Source: an uncultured Klebsiella sp.
Lineage (GTDB): Bacteria; Verrucomicrobiota; Verrucomicrobiia; Limisphaerales; SXTU01
Direction: 5' to 3'
NCBI GenBank assembly: GCA_964591495.1
Contig: CAZQEW010000001.1
Coordinates: forward strand, 5,503 to 69,502
DNA: 64,000 bases
Under the pieces are notes generated by a model, which was not told the DNA's origin, searched no databases, and saw nothing but the letters and a program-made list of their open reading frames with translations. This document shows, piece by piece, positions 53,532 to 62,312 of the stretch. Within the stretch, counting starts at the first letter, position 1. Every line of letters starts with the position of its first letter. Made by a program: the position numbers and the translations under genes.

Positions 53532-54356
53532 GTGTCCGCCACCATCCAAACGCTTGGGCTCATCGCCGGGAACCGCACGCTGCCGCTGCTGCTGGCGCGG
53601 CAGGCGCGGACCATGGGGATCACGCGCCTCGTGGCGGTCGCGTTCGAGGGCGAGACGGATCCCGCGCTGGCGAAGCTGGTGGACGACATCGTGTGGCTGC
53701 GCGTCGGGCAGTTGGGGAAGATGATTGCCGCCTTCACCGACCGGGGCGTGAAGCAGTGCGTCATGGCCGGGCAGATTGCGCCAAAGAACCTCTTTGACCT
53801 CCGCCCGGACCTGCGGGCCGTGGCGCTGCTCCTGCGGCTGAAGGAGAAGAACGCCCACACCATCTTTGGCGGCATCGCGGAGGAGCTGAAGAAGGACGGC
53901 GTCGAGCTCATTTCCGCCGTGCCGTGGCTGCAACCGCTCATGGCCGGGCCGGGCTTTCACCTTGGCCGGGCGTTGAGCGAAGCGGAGGCCGCGGACGTGG
54001 GCTTTGGGTTTCGCATCGCAAAGGAGGTCTCGCGCCTCGAAATCGGCCAGACCGTCGTGGTCAAGCGCGGGACGGTTTTGGCGGTGGAGGGATTCGAGGG
54101 CACGGACAAGGCACTCGCCCGGGGCGGGGAACTGGCCGGCAAGGAAGGCGGGGCGGTGGCCGTGAAGGTTGCCAAGGAGCAGCACGATTTGCGTTTCGAC
54201 ATCCCATGCGTCGGGCCCCGCACGCTGGAAGTGTGCGCCAGCAGCGGGGTGCGGGTGCTCGCCTTCGAGTGCGGGCGCACACTGCTGTTGGAGCAGGACG
54301 AGGTGGAGCGACTGGTGCGGCAGCACGGGCTGACGCTGCTGACCGTCCAAGTCTGA
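53532..54356 (+). CDS. lpxI: UDP-2,3-diacylglucosamine pyrophosphatase LpxI (DUF1009)
   Basis: ORF 53532..54356 (GTG start). LGLIAGNRTLPLLLARQAR...VMAGQI.PKNLFDLRPD...GQTVVVKRGTVLAVEGFEGTDKALARGGEL...VKVAKEQHDLRFDIPCVG matches LpxI-family blocks. Confidence 0.8.
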   Translation: MSATIQTLGLIAGNRTLPLLLARQARTMGITRLVAVAFEGETDPALAKLVDDIVWLRVGQLGKMIAAFTDRGVKQCVMAGQIAPKNLFDLRPDLRAVALLLRLKEKNAHTIFGGIAEELKKDGVELISAVPWLQPLMAGPGFHLGRALSEAEAADVGFGFRIAKEVSRLEIGQTVVVKRGTVLAVEGFEGTDKALARGGELAGKEGGAVAVKVAKEQHDLRFDIPCVGPRTLEVCASSGVRVLAFECGRTLLLEQDEVERLVRQHGLTLLTVQV

Positions 54357-54465
54357 GATGCGCCATGCCGGACCTTGACACTGTGGAGGTCGGCTCCCAC
54401 GATGCCCGCGCTTGGCCCTCAGGAAGTTTTCCCCGGCAGCAGCGAACGCCGGAGTGGGCCTGATT

Positions 54466-56157
54466 ATGAACCGACCGCTCCAGCCTGTTCATCGCCTGCC
54501 CTTTGCATCGTTCTGGTGGGGGGCGCTGGCATTATCCCTCGCGATCATCCTCTCGCCGGCGGCCGTTCCCTCGCCGATGACCGGGCTGTCTGGTCGCTCG
54601 TTTGCCGAGTTGCTGGCCTCCGCGGAAAAAGGTGATCCCATCGCCCAGCGCCTCGTGGCCAATGCCTATCTCACGGGCGAAGGCGCCAAGCCGGACCTGA
54701 CCGAAGCCGTGAAGTGGATCCGCCGCGCTGCCGAACAGCGGGATCCCGTGGCCGAATACACGCTGGGCATCCTGTATGACGCCGGCCAAGGTCTGCCGAA
54801 GAGCCTGACCGAGGCGGTCAAATGGTATGAGCGCGCAGCCAAGCAGGGACTGCCCGATGCCCAATACAATCTTGGCATCTGCTATTCCAAGGGCGAGGGC
54901 GTGCCCCTTGACCTGCGCACCGCCACGGAGTGGTTCCGCCGGGCCGCCATCCAAGGCGATGCCCAAGCCCAGGCGCGCTATGGCCTGGCGTGCCTGAGTG
55001 GCAAGGGGGTGGAGCGCAACCTGGTGGAAGCCGTGTCATGGCTGCGCAAGGCGGCTTATCAGGAAGTCCCCACCGCCCAGTTTTATCTCGGCCGTCTCTA
55101 CCAGGAAGGGGAGGGCGTGCCGCAGGAACTGGACACGGCGGTGAAGTGGTTCCGCAAATCAGCAGCGCAAGGCCTGCCGGACGCGCAGTTCGCCCTCGGG
55201 CGTGCGTTGCTGGCCGGCGAGGGAACCGACCGCAGCCAGGCCGAGGGGCGGGACTGGATCGAGAAGTCCGCAGCCCAGCAGTATGAGCCCGCCGTGCAAT
55301 ACCTGGCGCAGGTCACCCGCGGTTCCGCCAGCCCGAACGCGGCTTCGGCAGCGCCCATCCCACAGTCACCGATGACGATGGCGGCCGCCCGCACCGCCAA
55401 CCCGGAGTCGCCCGGCTCGAACACCGGTGCCGCGCCGCGGGCTGATGCCTTCAGCCTTGGGGCCGCGCCGGCTCCCAGTTCGCCCGCCGCGAGTGTCGCT
55501 TCAAATGCGGGATTTCGGGAACCGCTCCCGGCTCCGGTCCTTCCGGCCATGACCGCTCCCGCGCCGTCTCCGGCCGTGTCACCCACCAATGGGCCCATCA
55601 CGCCGCCCAGCACTCCCAAGGCCGCTGCACCTGAGCCGAAGGAGGCTTCGTTGCCGCCGTTTACACCTCCCGCCCGAGAGCCGCAACCCGCCCCGCCCAC
55701 GCCGGATATTTTTACCCTGCCGCCTACCGGCAAAGAGGCGGTGGTCCCGCCCAGCTTTGCCACGGACGCGCCTCGCTCAAAGGAGTCGGAACCGGTGCGC
55801 TCGCGCGAACCGGTGCCGGTTGCAGCCGCCCCGGCGGCCGAAAGCCAGGGCTCCGGCGGGCTCATGTTCATCGCCGCCATAAGCACGGGCATCTCGGCCT
55901 TAATCCTCGTGCTGGGTGTTTATGTCGCCGTTGTCTTCAAGGCGCGGCTTCATGGTCTCGAAGCTGAGCTGAAGAAAGCCCAGTTCGAGCTCTCGAAGGC
56001 CAACGTGAACCTCTCCGCCATGATGCATCAGGTCGAGCAACTTGCGCTCATGGCCCCGCCTGACGCGGCTGCCACCGCCAAAGCCAGCTTGGCCGAGTGG
56101 AATCCCGAATCCACCCAGTCGCACGCCAGCAGCTTCAAGGTGCACCGTTCGAAGTGA
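54466..56157 (+). CDS. Sel1-repeat (SLR/TPR-like) protein with Pro/Ala-rich linker, C-terminal TM and coiled coil
   Basis: The ATG at 54466 lies within track ORF 54412..56157. It has about six Sel1 units (e.g. AVKWYERAAKQGLPDAQYNLGICYSKGEGVP), a Pro/Ala-rich region of about 170 aa, a TM (GLMFIAAISTGISALILVLGVYVAVVF), then LHGLEAELKKAQFELSKANV. Confidence 0.8.
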   Translation: MNRPLQPVHRLPFASFWWGALALSLAIILSPAAVPSPMTGLSGRSFAELLASAEKGDPIAQRLVANAYLTGEGAKPDLTEAVKWIRRAAEQRDPVAEYTLGILYDAGQGLPKSLTEAVKWYERAAKQGLPDAQYNLGICYSKGEGVPLDLRTATEWFRRAAIQGDAQAQARYGLACLSGKGVERNLVEAVSWLRKAAYQEVPTAQFYLGRLYQEGEGVPQELDTAVKWFRKSAAQGLPDAQFALGRALLAGEGTDRSQAEGRDWIEKSAAQQYEPAVQYLAQVTRGSASPNAASAAPIPQSPMTMAAARTANPESPGSNTGAAPRADAFSLGAAPAPSSPAASVASNAGFREPLPAPVLPAMTAPAPSPAVSPTNGPITPPSTPKAAAPEPKEASLPPFTPPAREPQPAPPTPDIFTLPPTGKEAVVPPSFATDAPRSKESEPVRSREPVPVAAAPAAESQGSGGLMFIAAISTGISALILVLGVYVAVVFKARLHGLEAELKKAQFELSKANVNLSAMMHQVEQLALMAPPDAAATAKASLAEWNPESTQSHASSFKVHRSK

Positions 56158-56200
56158 CGGTTTCGTTTCCCCGGTGCGCCGAGCGGCGCGGTCGGTCGGC

Positions 56201-56707
56201 TTACAGTCCCGGCGTCACAAAAATGGTGCGGGTGGGCGGCTGGGCCAGCGTCCGCCACGACGTCAAGCTGCCCTTCTGAAACGTGAGTTCCGCCGCTACG
56301 AATTCGCGCACGTCCAGGCTGCGGTCCAGCGTCCGGTCCAGAAACGTCGAGCCATCCGGCCGGAGCATGGTCTGGTAACGCCACACGAGGTAGTTGTCCG
56401 ACGTGGTGCCGTGATACAGCCAGACTGTGCGCTCTCCGGTCGCATCCCCGCTGCGCAGCACTTGGGCGGGCTTGCCCCAGGCAATATAGACCGCGGCCTC
56501 GCTCATGCCGGTTTTCAGCCGACCCTCGTCCACGGCGGCGCGCAATTCGGCGGACAGTGCGGCGTAGGCTGCCGCCTTTTCCTGCCGGCGCGTGGCCACG
56601 GTGGAAGGGGTGGTGCAACCGAGGGCCGCGACGACCAGCAGCCAGCCCGCGAAGCGAACTAGGCGCGGGGAGTTCACCCGGGCGGAGGTTGCGATGCAGG
56701 CGATCAA
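56201..56707 (-). CDS. Putative lipoprotein (SmpA/OmlA-BamE-like fold suspected)
   Basis: ORF 56201..56707. Its TTG start overlaps the upstream gene's TGA (TTGA); GTG at complement(56680) would give an ideal signal peptide. The lipobox is LLVVAALGC. The GMSEAAVYIAWGKP motif is reminiscent of SmpA/OmlA, but the functional call is weak. Confidence 0.55.
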   Translation of the reverse strand: MIACIATSARVNSPRLVRFAGWLLVVAALGCTTPSTVATRRQEKAAAYAALSAELRAAVDEGRLKTGMSEAAVYIAWGKPAQVLRSGDATGERTVWLYHGTTSDNYLVWRYQTMLRPDGSTFLDRTLDRSLDVREFVAAELTFQKGSLTSWRTLAQPPTRTIFVTPGL

Positions 56708-57843
56708 GCCAAAGTCACAACCTTCCTGCCCTGATGCGACTCCAGCGCGGCGGCGAAGATTTCATGGCTTTGCACCGCTTCGTCCGGCGTGGCGCAGCCG
56801 AAGCGGCCGTTGAGGAAGCCGTTGCGTTCGGCGATGTAGGCCGCCCACATCTGCAGGAAGCAATCGGGGAAACCGGCCTCGAAGATGCCCCCGGTGATGA
56901 CGGGGAATGGGACCTGGTGGCCAAGGTCCACGCGCTGCCACACCTGCTCCTTGCCGCGCGCGAAGGTCCACAGGCTCTTCGGCTCCGCCGTGCTGAAGCG
57001 GAGGCCGCCGTCGGTGCCGAGCACTTCCACCCACCAGGTGTTGGTCGCGCCGGGGGCGAGGCGCTTCATCTCCAGGCGCATCGGGATGTCGCGCTGGTCG
57101 CCGATGTCCACGTCTGTGTGCAGCAGGGCGTTGTCCCAGGTGTCGCACGCGGCCATGCCACCTTTGCCGTCGGGGCGCTGCGGGTAAATCTTCTGGAGCT
57201 GCGCGAAGACGCGCTTCGGCTTCCAGCCGAGCCGCAAGGGCACGTGCGCCACGTGCATGCCGAGGTCGCCCATCACGCCGACTTCGCCGCAGAACTTGTT
57301 CTGCCGTTTCCAGTTGATGGGCTTGGTGGGGTCGAGGTCGCTCGCGTGCCAGAAGCAGGAATGGATTTCGAGCAGCTTGCCGAGTTTGGCCAATGCGTCG
57401 CCCGAGCACGCGGCGATGACCCGTTGCGTGCAGGGCAGGAAGGGGAATTCCGAGCTGCACCGGACGAACCGGCCGGACTTGGCCGCCGCGTCCCGGATGA
57501 CGCGGGCCGCGCGCAGATCAATGCCAAAGGGCTTTTCCGCCAGCAGATCCTTGCCCGCCGCGAGCACGTCGAGATAGATGGCCTCGTGGAGGTTGTGCGG
57601 CACGGCCACATAAACCACGTCCACGTCCGGCGAGGCGAGCAGTTCCTTGTGATTCTTGGTGAACAGCTTGACCGTGGGCACCTTGCGGAACCAGTCCAGC
57701 AGCTTGTCCTGCAGGTCGCAGACCGCCACCAGCTCCGCCCGCGCGGGGAAATCCTCGAGCACGAACCATCGTCCAAAGGCGCTCGCCGCCTCACGTCCCA
57801 TCAAGCCGCCGCCAATGATGCCAATGCGCACTGTGTCTTTCAT
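56704..57843 (-). CDS. Gfo/Idh/MocA-family NAD(P)-dependent oxidoreductase
   Basis: The in-frame ATG at complement(57843) lies within track ORF 56704..58470; the upstream part is antisense to pgk. MKDTVRIGIIGGGLMGREAA...VDVVYVAVPHNLH...GKDLLAEKP. Confidence 0.85.
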   Translation of the reverse strand: MKDTVRIGIIGGGLMGREAASAFGRWFVLEDFPARAELVAVCDLQDKLLDWFRKVPTVKLFTKNHKELLASPDVDVVYVAVPHNLHEAIYLDVLAAGKDLLAEKPFGIDLRAARVIRDAAAKSGRFVRCSSEFPFLPCTQRVIAACSGDALAKLGKLLEIHSCFWHASDLDPTKPINWKRQNKFCGEVGVMGDLGMHVAHVPLRLGWKPKRVFAQLQKIYPQRPDGKGGMAACDTWDNALLHTDVDIGDQRDIPMRLEMKRLAPGATNTWWVEVLGTDGGLRFSTAEPKSLWTFARGKEQVWQRVDLGHQVPFPVITGGIFEAGFPDCFLQMWAAYIAERNGFLNGRFGCATPDEAVQSHEIFAAALESHQGRKVVTLA

Positions 57844-57911
57844 GTTGTGCGGATAGGGAAGGGGACGCGGCAGGCCTTGGCAAACAGAAAGCCGGCGGGC
57901 AAAACCCCGAA

Positions 57912-57939
57912 TTGACTGGTTCTGGCCCTCAAGTATGCT
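57912..57939 (+). promoter_or_regulatory. Candidate sigma70-type promoter of pgk-tpiA-secG
   Basis: TTGACT (57912..57917), a 16-nt spacer, then TATGCT (57934..57939). The pgk ATG is at 57952, and no Shine-Dalgarno is visible in the intervening ccgcgtctcttt. Confidence 0.35.
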
Positions 57940-57951
57940 CCGCGTCTCTTT

Positions 57952-59208
57952 ATGGCGAAACTGACCATCCGAGACCTGAATGTGCGTGGCAAGCGCGTCT
58001 TCGTGCGCGTGGACTATAACGTCCCCATGGAGGACAAAGACGGCCAGATGGTCATCAACGATGCCACCCGCATCAAGGAAACCCTCCCGACCCTTGACCT
58101 GCTCATTGCCGGTGGCGCGAAGATCATCCTCGCCGCCCACCTCGGCCGGCCCAAGGGCAAGCGTGAGCCGTCGATGTCGCTCCGGCCCGTGGCGGCCAAG
58201 CTCGCGGACCTCATCAACCGGCCCGTGGCGTTCGTGGACGACTGCATCGGTGAAAAGGTCGAGCAGACCGCCGGGCTGCTGAAGGAAGGCGACATTCTCC
58301 TGCTGGAGAACACCCGCTACTACGATCAGGAAGAGGCCAATGATCCCGCGTTTGCCGCCCAGCTCGCGAAGGTCGCGGACGTTTATGTCAACGACGCCTT
58401 CGGCGCGGCGCACCGGGCGCACGCGAGCACCGAGGGCGTGGCGCGTATCGTCGGCCAGCGCGGCGGTCAATGCGCGGCGGGACTGCTCATGGAACGCGAG
58501 CTAAAGTTTTTGGGCGACGAGCTGGAAAGCCCGGCGCGCCCGTTCGTGGTCATCCTCGGCGGCGCGAAAGTGTCGGACAAAATCCTCGTCATCGACCGGC
58601 TCCTGGAGAAGGCGGACACGATCCTCATCGGCGGCGCGATGGCCTACACCTTCAAGCTCGCGATGGGTTACGGCGTGGGCAAGTCACTCGTCGAACCGGA
58701 TGCGACCAGGACCGCCGTGCGCGCGCTTGCCAAGGCCGCCGACCGCGGCGTGAAGTTCCTGTTGCCCACGGACAACGTCGTCGCCACGCCCGTGGACACC
58801 GGCAAACTCAACAAGAAGGGCAAACCCGTCTTCGAGTTCACCAACCCGAAGGTCAACAGCGGCGCGGACATCGCGGATGCTGACGAGGGTTTCGACATCG
58901 GTCCCGCCACGGCCGCGCGCTACGCGGACATCGTGCGCGGTGCCAAGACCGTGCTGTGGAACGGCCCGATGGGGATGTTCGAGGACAAGCGTTTTGCCGA
59001 AGGCACGAACGTCGTCGCGCGCGCGGTTGTGGACGCCACACAGCACAACGGCGCGAAGACCATCATCGGCGGCGGTGACAGCGTGAAGGCGCTGAACAAG
59101 GCCGGCCTCGGCGACAAAGTGACGTTCATGAGCACCGGCGGTGGCGCGAGTCTGGAATTCCTCGAAGGCAAAGAACTGCCCGGCGTCGCGGCGTTGACCA
59201 ACAAGTAA
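57952..59208 (+). CDS. pgk: Phosphoglycerate kinase
   Basis: ORF 57952..59208. [10 protein letters not shown]...RI...LPT...HLGRPKG...NTRY...[15 protein letters not shown]...[14 protein letters not shown]. Confidence 0.95.
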   Translation: MAKLTIRDLNVRGKRVFVRVDYNVPMEDKDGQMVINDATRIKETLPTLDLLIAGGAKIILAAHLGRPKGKREPSMSLRPVAAKLADLINRPVAFVDDCIGEKVEQTAGLLKEGDILLLENTRYYDQEEANDPAFAAQLAKVADVYVNDAFGAAHRAHASTEGVARIVGQRGGQCAAGLLMERELKFLGDELESPARPFVVILGGAKVSDKILVIDRLLEKADTILIGGAMAYTFKLAMGYGVGKSLVEPDATRTAVRALAKAADRGVKFLLPTDNVVATPVDTGKLNKKGKPVFEFTNPKVNSGADIADADEGFDIGPATAARYADIVRGAKTVLWNGPMGMFEDKRFAEGTNVVARAVVDATQHNGAKTIIGGGDSVKALNKAGLGDKVTFMSTGGGASLEFLEGKELPGVAALTNK

Positions 59209-59246
59209 CCGATCTCCCGTTTAACACCTCAACCCCATTTTCTGCT

Positions 59247-60011
59247 GTGGACAAGGAACGCAAACTCATCATCGCCGGCAACTGGAAGATGAATAAAACC
59301 GTCGCCGAGGGGCTGGCCCTCGTGGACGGCCTCAAGCGCGAGCTCTCGAGCGTGAAGGAAGTGGACATTGTCGTCTGCCCCCCATTCACCGCGTTGGAGT
59401 CGGTGTCCAAGGCCATCGAAGGCTCCACCCTCCGGCTCGGCGCGCAGAACATGAGCGAAAACAACTTCGGCGCGCACACCGGTGAGATCTGCGCCGGAAT
59501 GCTCAAGGAATTCCTCGTTCGCTACGTCATTCTCGGCCATTCCGAGCGCCGGCAGTTCCAGCTTGAGGGCGATCCGCTTATCGCGAAAAAGGCCGCCGCG
59601 GCGCTGGCTGCCTCGCTCAAGCCCATCGTCTGCGTGGGCGAGAAGCTGGAAGACCGGGAAGCCGGAAAAACCGAGCAGGTTGTTGAGACCCAGGTGCGCG
59701 GGAGCCTCGCCGGGCTGACCAAGGCGCAGATGGAGGAAACCATCATCGCTTACGAGCCCGTCTGGGCCATCGGCACCGGTAAGACCGCCACCTCGCAGCA
59801 GGCCCAGGATGTGCATGCGTTCATCCGCCGCGTGCTGACCGCGATGTTTGATGAGGCCACTGCCCGCCGGGTCCGCATCCAATACGGTGGCAGCGTGAAG
59901 CCCAGCAACGCCCGTGAGTTGATGAGCCAGCCGGACGTGGACGGAGCCCTCGTTGGGGGCGCGTCGCTGACCGTGCGGGACTTCGCCGACATCATTAAGA
60001 ATTCCATCTGA
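59247..60011 (+). CDS. tpiA: Triosephosphate isomerase
   Basis: ORF 59247..60011 (GTG start). IIAGNWKMNKT...ILGHSERR...CVGE...IAYEPVWAIGTGKTAT...YGGSVKP. Confidence 0.95.
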   Translation: MDKERKLIIAGNWKMNKTVAEGLALVDGLKRELSSVKEVDIVVCPPFTALESVSKAIEGSTLRLGAQNMSENNFGAHTGEICAGMLKEFLVRYVILGHSERRQFQLEGDPLIAKKAAAALAASLKPIVCVGEKLEDREAGKTEQVVETQVRGSLAGLTKAQMEETIIAYEPVWAIGTGKTATSQQAQDVHAFIRRVLTAMFDEATARRVRIQYGGSVKPSNARELMSQPDVDGALVGGASLTVRDFADIIKNSI

Positions 60012-60043
60012 ACCTGACCGCTGACCGTTAAACGACCAAAACT

Positions 60044-60544
60044 ATGAGTTTCGTTGCCGGACTTTTGACCGCTGTCCTCGTGTTGGACAGCCTCTTCCTC
60101 ATTCTGCTCATCCTCGTCCAGTTGCCCAAGAAGGAAGCCGGGGTCGGCCAAGCCTTCGGCGGAGGTGCCACTGACGCCCTGTTCGGCGCCGGCACGGGCA
60201 ACGCGCTGACGAAGATGACCAAGTATGCCGCCGCGGTTTTCCTCTCGCTCTGCCTGGTGCTTTACGTGATGGGCGGGCAGGCCCGCAAGGCTGCCAGCGG
60301 CGTGCGCGAACAGTTGAAAAAGGAAGGCGCGGCCTCGGTGCTTCCTCCGACCAAGTCAGCGCCGCCGACCGTGACCCCGCCCGCCCCGGCCGCCGTCCCT
60401 CCCCCGTCTTCCATCCTGTCAAATGCGGTGGCCACCAACCTGCCGGTGGTGACCAATGCCGTCGCGCCGAAGGTGACCATCGTCAGCAACGCGTCCCCGG
60501 CGGTTAAGATTGCGCCCTCGACAAACGCGCCGGCGAAAAAATAA
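60044..60544 (+). CDS. secG: Preprotein translocase subunit SecG with Pro/Ala-rich C-terminal extension
   Basis: ORF 60044..60544. LLILVQLPKKEAGVGQAFGGGATDALFG..G....LTKMT is the SecG signature, and pgk-tpiA-secG is a conserved synteny. The tail beyond the second TM is about 90 aa. Confidence 0.85.
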   Translation: MSFVAGLLTAVLVLDSLFLILLILVQLPKKEAGVGQAFGGGATDALFGAGTGNALTKMTKYAAAVFLSLCLVLYVMGGQARKAASGVREQLKKEGAASVLPPTKSAPPTVTPPAPAAVPPPSSILSNAVATNLPVVTNAVAPKVTIVSNASPAVKIAPSTNAPAKK

Positions 60545-60554
60545 CTTCGGCGTC

Positions 60555-62294
60555 ATGCCGTCCGCGAAACACGCCCTTGGAAAGCCTCCAAGGGCGTTTC
60601 GTTTTCCAGTTCCTGCTCGTGATCCTGATTCTGTTCCTTTCCCGTCAATCGATTGGAGCAGGATTAGGATCAGGATCACGAGCAAGAGTTTCGCGCTGAC
60701 GCACCTCCTTGGCCTGCTGCTGGCACTGGGCTTGGCCGGCTGCACCCGCTCCGAGCCGCCCGCCGACCTCACCATCATCAACGGCGCGGAACCCGAGTCG
60801 CTCGACCCGGCCATCATCACGGGCCAGCCGGACATGCGCGTGGTGAAGTGTCTTTACGAGGGACTCACGCGGTTGGAGGGCACCAACGCTACACCCGTTC
60901 CCGCACTCGCGGATCGCTGGGACATCTCGCCCGACGGCACGGTTTACACCTTTCACCTCCGCAGTAACGCCGTGTGGTCCACCGGCCAGCCTATCACGGC
61001 GGAGGACGTGGTCTGGTCGTGGCGTCGCGCGCTTGATCCGGGCACGGCGGCGGATTACGCGGGGCAACTTTACTTCATCAAGCACGCCGAGGAATACAAC
61101 ACGGGCCGGACCAATGCGGCGACCGGCAAGCCCTTCACCGCGGAAGATGTCGCCGTCCGCGCGCTGGACCCCAGCACGGTGCGCGTGGAACTCATCGCGC
61201 CGACGGCGTTCTTCCTCGACCTCGTCGCGTTTCCGACGATGGCCGTGGTGCCGCGCGGTTGGATCGAGAAGCACGGCGACCGCTGGTTGATGACGCAGCC
61301 GCTGCCCGTGACCGGTCCCTACCTGCTCGACCACTGGCGCGTGAACGACAAGATCCGCGTGCGCCGCAATCCCCGGCACTGGGATGCGGCCAACGTGCGC
61401 AGTGCGGTGGTGGACTTCCTCCCGCTCGATTCCGCCAACACCGCGCTCAACCTCTACGAGACCGGCGCAGCCGACGTGGTCTGGGACAAGAATCTCGTGC
61501 CCAACGAGCTGATGGACGCCCTCCGCAAACGGCCCGACTGCCACTTCTTCGACTACCTCGGCACTTATTTCGTGCGCTTCAACGTCACGCGCAAGCCGTT
61601 CGATGATCCGCGCGTCCGCAAGGCTCTCGCGCTCGCGGTGGACAAGCAGCGCATCGTCGAGAACATCACGCGCAGCGGCGAGAAGGTCGCCTCGCACTTC
61701 ACGCCCAAGGGCATGGTCATTTACCAGCCGCCGGAGGGGCTCGGCCGCGATCTGGAGCTTGCGCGCAAGCTGCTGGCCGAAGCGGGCTTTCCCGGCGGCA
61801 AGGGCTTTCCGCCGTTCCAATACCTCTTCAAGACCGGCAAGACTGACGAGCAGATCGCCGTCGAGCTGCAGGCGATGTGGCAGAAGGAACTCGGCATCAA
61901 GATGGAGCTGCGCCAGACCGAGTGGAAGGTGTATCTCGCCGCACAATCCAAGCTGGAATACGACCTTAGCCGCAGCAGTTGGATCGGCGATTACAACGAC
62001 CCGAACACGTTCCTCGACATGTTCATGGCCAACAACGGCAACAACCGCACGGGCTGGAAAAACGACCGCTACGATGAGCTGATCCGCGAGGGCAACCGCC
62101 AGACCGACCCCAAGAAGCGCGAGGCCTTGCTCCAGCAGGCCGAGCTGATCCTCATCCGCGACGAGCTGCCCATCGCGCCCCTGTATTTTTACTCCGGGGT
62201 AAATTTCTTCGACCCCAAGCGCATTGAGGGCATCCACTTCAACCTGCTGGATGAGCACCCGGTCTACTTGATTCGGAAGCGCGCTGCCAAATGA
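60555..62294 (+). CDS. ABC transporter substrate-binding lipoprotein, family 5 (OppA/DppA-like); start codon uncertain
   Basis: The frame matches track ORF 60510..62294. The lipoprotein signal is KSFALTHLLGLLLALGLAGC, and the mature part INGAEPESLDPAIITGQPDMRVVKCLYEGLTRL... is typical of SBP_bac_5. The only canonical in-frame starts (60510, 60555) lie upstream of or inside the secG terminator. Near-cognate ATT/ATC codons at 60663, 60669 and 60675 would give a normal-length signal peptide. Confidence 0.8.
   Translation: MPSAKHALGKPPRAFRFPVPARDPDSVPFPSIDWSRIRIRITSKSFALTHLLGLLLALGLAGCTRSEPPADLTIINGAEPESLDPAIITGQPDMRVVKCLYEGLTRLEGTNATPVPALADRWDISPDGTVYTFHLRSNAVWSTGQPITAEDVVWSWRRALDPGTAADYAGQLYFIKHAEEYNTGRTNAATGKPFTAEDVAVRALDPSTVRVELIAPTAFFLDLVAFPTMAVVPRGWIEKHGDRWLMTQPLPVTGPYLLDHWRVNDKIRVRRNPRHWDAANVRSAVVDFLPLDSANTALNLYETGAADVVWDKNLVPNELMDALRKRPDCHFFDYLGTYFVRFNVTRKPFDDPRVRKALALAVDKQRIVENITRSGEKVASHFTPKGMVIYQPPEGLGRDLELARKLLAEAGFPGGKGFPPFQYLFKTGKTDEQIAVELQAMWQKELGIKMELRQTEWKVYLAAQSKLEYDLSRSSWIGDYNDPNTFLDMFMANNGNNRTGWKNDRYDELIREGNRQTDPKKREALLQQAELILIRDELPIAPLYFYSGVNFFDPKRIEGIHFNLLDEHPVYLIRKRAAK
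60566..60607 (+). terminator. Intrinsic terminator after secG
   Basis: ACGCCCTTGGA (60571..60581), loop aagcc, TCCAAGGGCGT (60587..60597), followed by ttcgttttcc. Confidence 0.65.
60614..60684 (+). promoter_or_regulatory. Perfect 16-bp inverted repeat (long hairpin) covering the presumed translation-initiation region of the downstream lipoprotein gene
   Basis: The arm tgctcgtgatcctgat (60614..60629) is the exact reverse complement of atcaggatcacgagca (60669..60684). Further inward pairing is interrupted. The 3' arm region contains three AGGAT units (aggattaggatcaggatc). Confidence 0.5.
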
Positions 62295-62312
62295 CGGACT
62301 CCCGGCCGCGGC

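Noticed and set aside
193-62258. The track lists many long ORFs antisense to, or out of frame with, the genes called above. Examples are 193..1119+, 2131..3159-, 2868..4433-, 5568..6587+, 6636..7811+, 12437..13666-, 14055..15545-, 16499..18337-, 19281..20549-, 24601..26205-, 27808..29010-, 30211..31977-, 32706..34271-, 36492..38567+, 39105..41768+, 46466..47620+, 47774..48646+, 48730..49755-, 51304..52302-, 53430..54350- and 60645..62258-.
   Set aside because: Their translations are Arg/Gly/Ala/Pro/His-rich low-complexity strings with no family motifs. Each is fully overlapped by an ORF carrying clear conserved-family signatures. Long stop-free shadow frames are expected in GC-rich DNA.
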